Positions 60,620 through 64,000 of a stretch of DNA of 64,000 nucleotides are shown here, one piece after another. Made by a program: the position numbers and the translations under genes. Numbering within the stretch: position 1 is the stretch's first letter; each line of letters starts with the position of its first letter. Origin of the DNA: Lepidodermella squamata (Eukaryota > Animalia > Gastrotricha); assembly GCA_047495785.1 (NCBI GenBank), contig JBLDXI010000013.1, positions 4,216,001 through 4,280,000 on the forward strand, read 5' to 3'. Under the pieces are notes generated by a model. The model had not been told where the DNA came from. It worked only from the letters and a program-made list of their open reading frames with translations, and did not search any database.

Positions 60620-63600
60620 AAATTATCAACCCGACCTCGCGCTCGCCCGGCCACGCGTTTGAAAAATATAATAATAATATTGTTACATAGCATTCAAAAG
60701 TCACACTTCGGTGGGCACAGTAAATTAATCATCGTTAATTACTACCTTCTAAATTGAAACTACCCTTGTAGCCGCATTTTTTCGTTCAAAATTGGGACTA
60801 TACTTTTAATTTTTAGCTGATGATCCAATTCAGTTGTAAGTCGAGTTGTAAATATGCGCCTGGTTTTTTTTGATATAATTATAAAAAATGGCGCACGGCT
60901 TTGATTCTTTTTTCTCGTCTTCTTTTTACTGATGAATTAATTGAAAAAGGGTGCAAGTCATCGTTGTATTAATTGTATGATAATAATAATAATCAACCTT
61001 CAGAAGTCGAGTTCGTCCTCCGGCTCGATCTTTTACATTCATCCCGGCGTTATCAGGCGGTGTGTGCTTATTCTTAATTTGTTATTTGTACTAATGATAA
61101 TGATGATGATCTATCGAAAAAATCGAACTCCACCTTGAAAATAATAGTTGTAAAAGCCACCTCTAATTTCTGCTTTCCATCGCCTGTTGTAGTCGCTGCG
61201 CATCTTCACTACAAGTGTTTGTTTACTCTCCATAAGCTATCCGCGCCGGTCCGCATCGGCCTCAGTCTTAGGAAAACACCGCTACTACTGCCAGATCTGG
61301 AGAGGTTATGATGATACCAGATAGTTTGTACACACGAGGCAATATCTGTTTGCTATTATAACATTAACGGCTCTATGCAGCATGAAAAAGAGCGTGATAA
61401 TAACCGCAGTTTGTCTAACCTGAATCGAAACTTCCGCCTTGGCGCAGGGGCTTAAGAAATCTATTTTACAGATAACATAATTTATTTTAATTTTTCGCAT
61501 GCGTACTAGGGTAGTTTTTAGATCCATCCTTATTTAAGTTGAATCAAGTTAACGTTTCGCGCTCAAATGAAACTAATGGCACCGATGTTGCAAGAATTTC
61601 CCTCCGAAATTGCACTCTATTGGTGTCATTGCAATTGCTTGTTGTTGTGCTAAATGTCGTGTGGATACTGATTGTTATTATTCTATCTAATATTCGAGTG
61701 ATTTACGAAGATGATGGTACAGATTTTAGGCTATCGTAGACTGAAAATCACATCAAGGCATTGCTTTGTCTTCCTATCCTAGCCTATGATCCTCTCGCGC
61801 GAAAACAATTCACAAGAGTAGCGGCTAAAAAATCACCGTAATTTTGTTCTGTTTTCGTGTAATAATAATTATCAGCTTGATTTTTGTAACATCGCCCCTT
61901 CAAGGCCAAAGACCTTGCGGTTCTAACTTGAAACACTACCGATTCATCAACTACCAAGCAGTCTGTGTTCTATAGCGGCCCATCCTCGACATGTAGTATT
62001 TAAACATCAACATTAAAAACTGTTTTGCTCCTTGATTTTTCACTCAATTACCTTGTAAGCCTTTAGTTGTCTTGAACAGACGCAAAATTGATAAATTATA
62101 TACCGCGGAGCACGCTTATCTTCCTCGTTCCTCGTCATCTATGTTCATCTCATATATTGAATAATTAACACAAAAGAAATATTGTAATATGATATCGACG
62201 GCTTGCTTCGTTTTCTGAAAACCAGCGGAAATAGTGAAAAAATAATCGCGGCTGTTTTCACGCAAAAACACACTTAATTTTTTGTGTCGTTGAAGTACAT
62301 CGCCGAGACGCGCTTGAATGTGCATGGAAGCGATCGCTATTGTAATTTAAATGTCTATGCTGTGGTTTTTCGCTTGATTCATGTCATGAATATTTCTTCT
62401 CTCCTGGTCGTTGACACAACAAATAAAATTGGACATTAGCCTGAGTTGCGGTCGTCTGTTTTTTTTATTATTATTATAAACGAATCAAATCGAGCCGATG
62501 AATAATCTGTTTTGTAGATTTTTCGGGCAAGGAAATCGCCGGCATGAAATAACTTTAATACGCCATTTATTCTTGGCTTTATCTCCCGTGGGCAAGCGAT
62601 TAGGTACACATTTTTTCGCTTGAAATCGATTTTTACCCATTTGTATTATCACGCGAGTCACGCTTGCTGGAGGGCTTTTTCTCTTCTAGTTCAAAATGCC
62701 CTCAACCATTATTTTATCGATCGGCCTGCGTTTACCACAGTTTTTTTCTCCAGTAGGTATCCGAGAGCGCGATTGTCGTATATTAGTGGGTAATATTATA
62801 TGAACTGCGTGAGAATTACAAGGCTAAATATAGGAGCCAAAACACGTGAAGAGCAGCCGCAGCAGGGCGCGCCGCAATAAACCAAGCGAATGAATCGAGT
62901 GACTGAGCCTACTACAACGGCGGCTTGATTTTTTGAACGAGTCTTTTTTTACACACTTGAGTCGGCTCTCGCTTTTAAAGATGCTGCTTACGCCTTGCGC
63001 CGTGCTTGAGTGATCTCTTATACGGCGCTAGTAAAAAGCTTACATTAGAATTCAGAGTGGCAACTCAGTTTCACGGTATCCTGCTTCATTGTCCTCACAC
63101 CTGTGAAAAACAGTACCTAATATTATCGCAGAAAATATTCCAGTAGGTATCAATATTTTTTCCAGATGTCCCTAAATTATTCTGCGGCTCGTTCATACTC
63201 AAGTTAAAAATCATCGGAAATGACGTCATCAATTATTTTTATTTCACAAAAAACCACATTCGGTTAGCATTCTCGTTAAAGGTGTGATTTTCTGAGCTAT
63301 GAGCGTTCAAGGTGAAAGAGAAATGAGATATTTGAAAATTTGATTACACCGTGTTATATAGGCAAGGTAATGTTTTTGAAATGCCACAATGCATCGCTTT
63401 GCCGTAATTCGTTGCGTCATTTTGGGGGTAAATACCGTGGAATTATCTGGTTGCCGGTTTCTTCCGGATGACGTAGGAATGGCAGTATTCAGGTGGCAGA
63501 TGTGTCAACAGAATAGCCGCGCCCACATTGAAAGTTATACAATTTAAATAGCAGCGTAGTAATAACAATTATTATATATTATACGAAAGACAGCAGGAAC

Positions 63601-64000
63601 GGAGTCATCATATCCATGAATACCGCGTAGAGCATTGCGCCCTAAATTCGGGCACTTATTGGATTTTCCCTACTTTGCCACCTAGGTTAATTTTTAGAAA
63701 AAATGGCAAAACTAAATTTATAGAAGAATTCTCGGGCTATCTATCGAATGCAAGTTCCCGCATATCCGGGCGATTTCACCTTGATTTATGGCTAATTTAG
63801 AAGTAAGCTGGACTCCTGAAGTGTGCTAGAGTTAGTAGTAGATAGCAGTAGATACTAGTAGATAATTTAGTATTAGAGGTAGTATTAGATTTTAGTAGTG
63901 AACTAGAATTAGGTTACGCCAATACCTTAAGTTTGATACCGTTAAATTCGTGGACTATCAACAATTTCAGTCAATAATTGCACCAGGAGACGTTTTTTAG

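Noticed and set aside
62745-63150. Two CCAGTAGGTAT motifs resembling 3-nt micro-exons (CAG|TAG|GT)
   Set aside because: No host gene is evident and chance occurrence cannot be excluded.

Overview
This is eukaryotic DNA from a compact invertebrate animal genome (AT-rich non-coding sequence, mostly ~45-70 nt GT-AG introns); the species cannot be determined from the sequence. On the + strand it starts with the 3' half of CBL, then EEPD1 and a secreted triple-PAN/apple protein. Ten consecutive minus-strand genes follow (13.2-56.3 kb): PSMD7, RPL36, NTF2 (missed by the ORF track), TRA2, NUDT9, a ~24 kb polycystin-1-like receptor with a very large lectin/LamG ectodomain, a GPR158/179-like GPCR, CCDC90/MCUR1, OGG1 and RBM39. 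The + strand then carries CFAP418 (C8orf37), a truncated MSP-domain-only VAP paralogue and full-length VAP. LINE and MULE remnants and small inverted-repeat elements are scattered in introns and spacers. Best leads: (1) a tandem duplication caught creating a soluble MSP-only gene from VAP, with changes at the FFAT-binding surface; (2) operon-like gene clusters with poly(A) signal/unpaired 3' splice site spacers, suggesting SL trans-splicing; (3) the ~6,500 aa polycystin-1-like mosaic receptor; (4) candidate poison micro-exons in RBM39 and a GAA-rich 3' exon in TRA2. All exon structures and homologies were read by eye; no searches were run.
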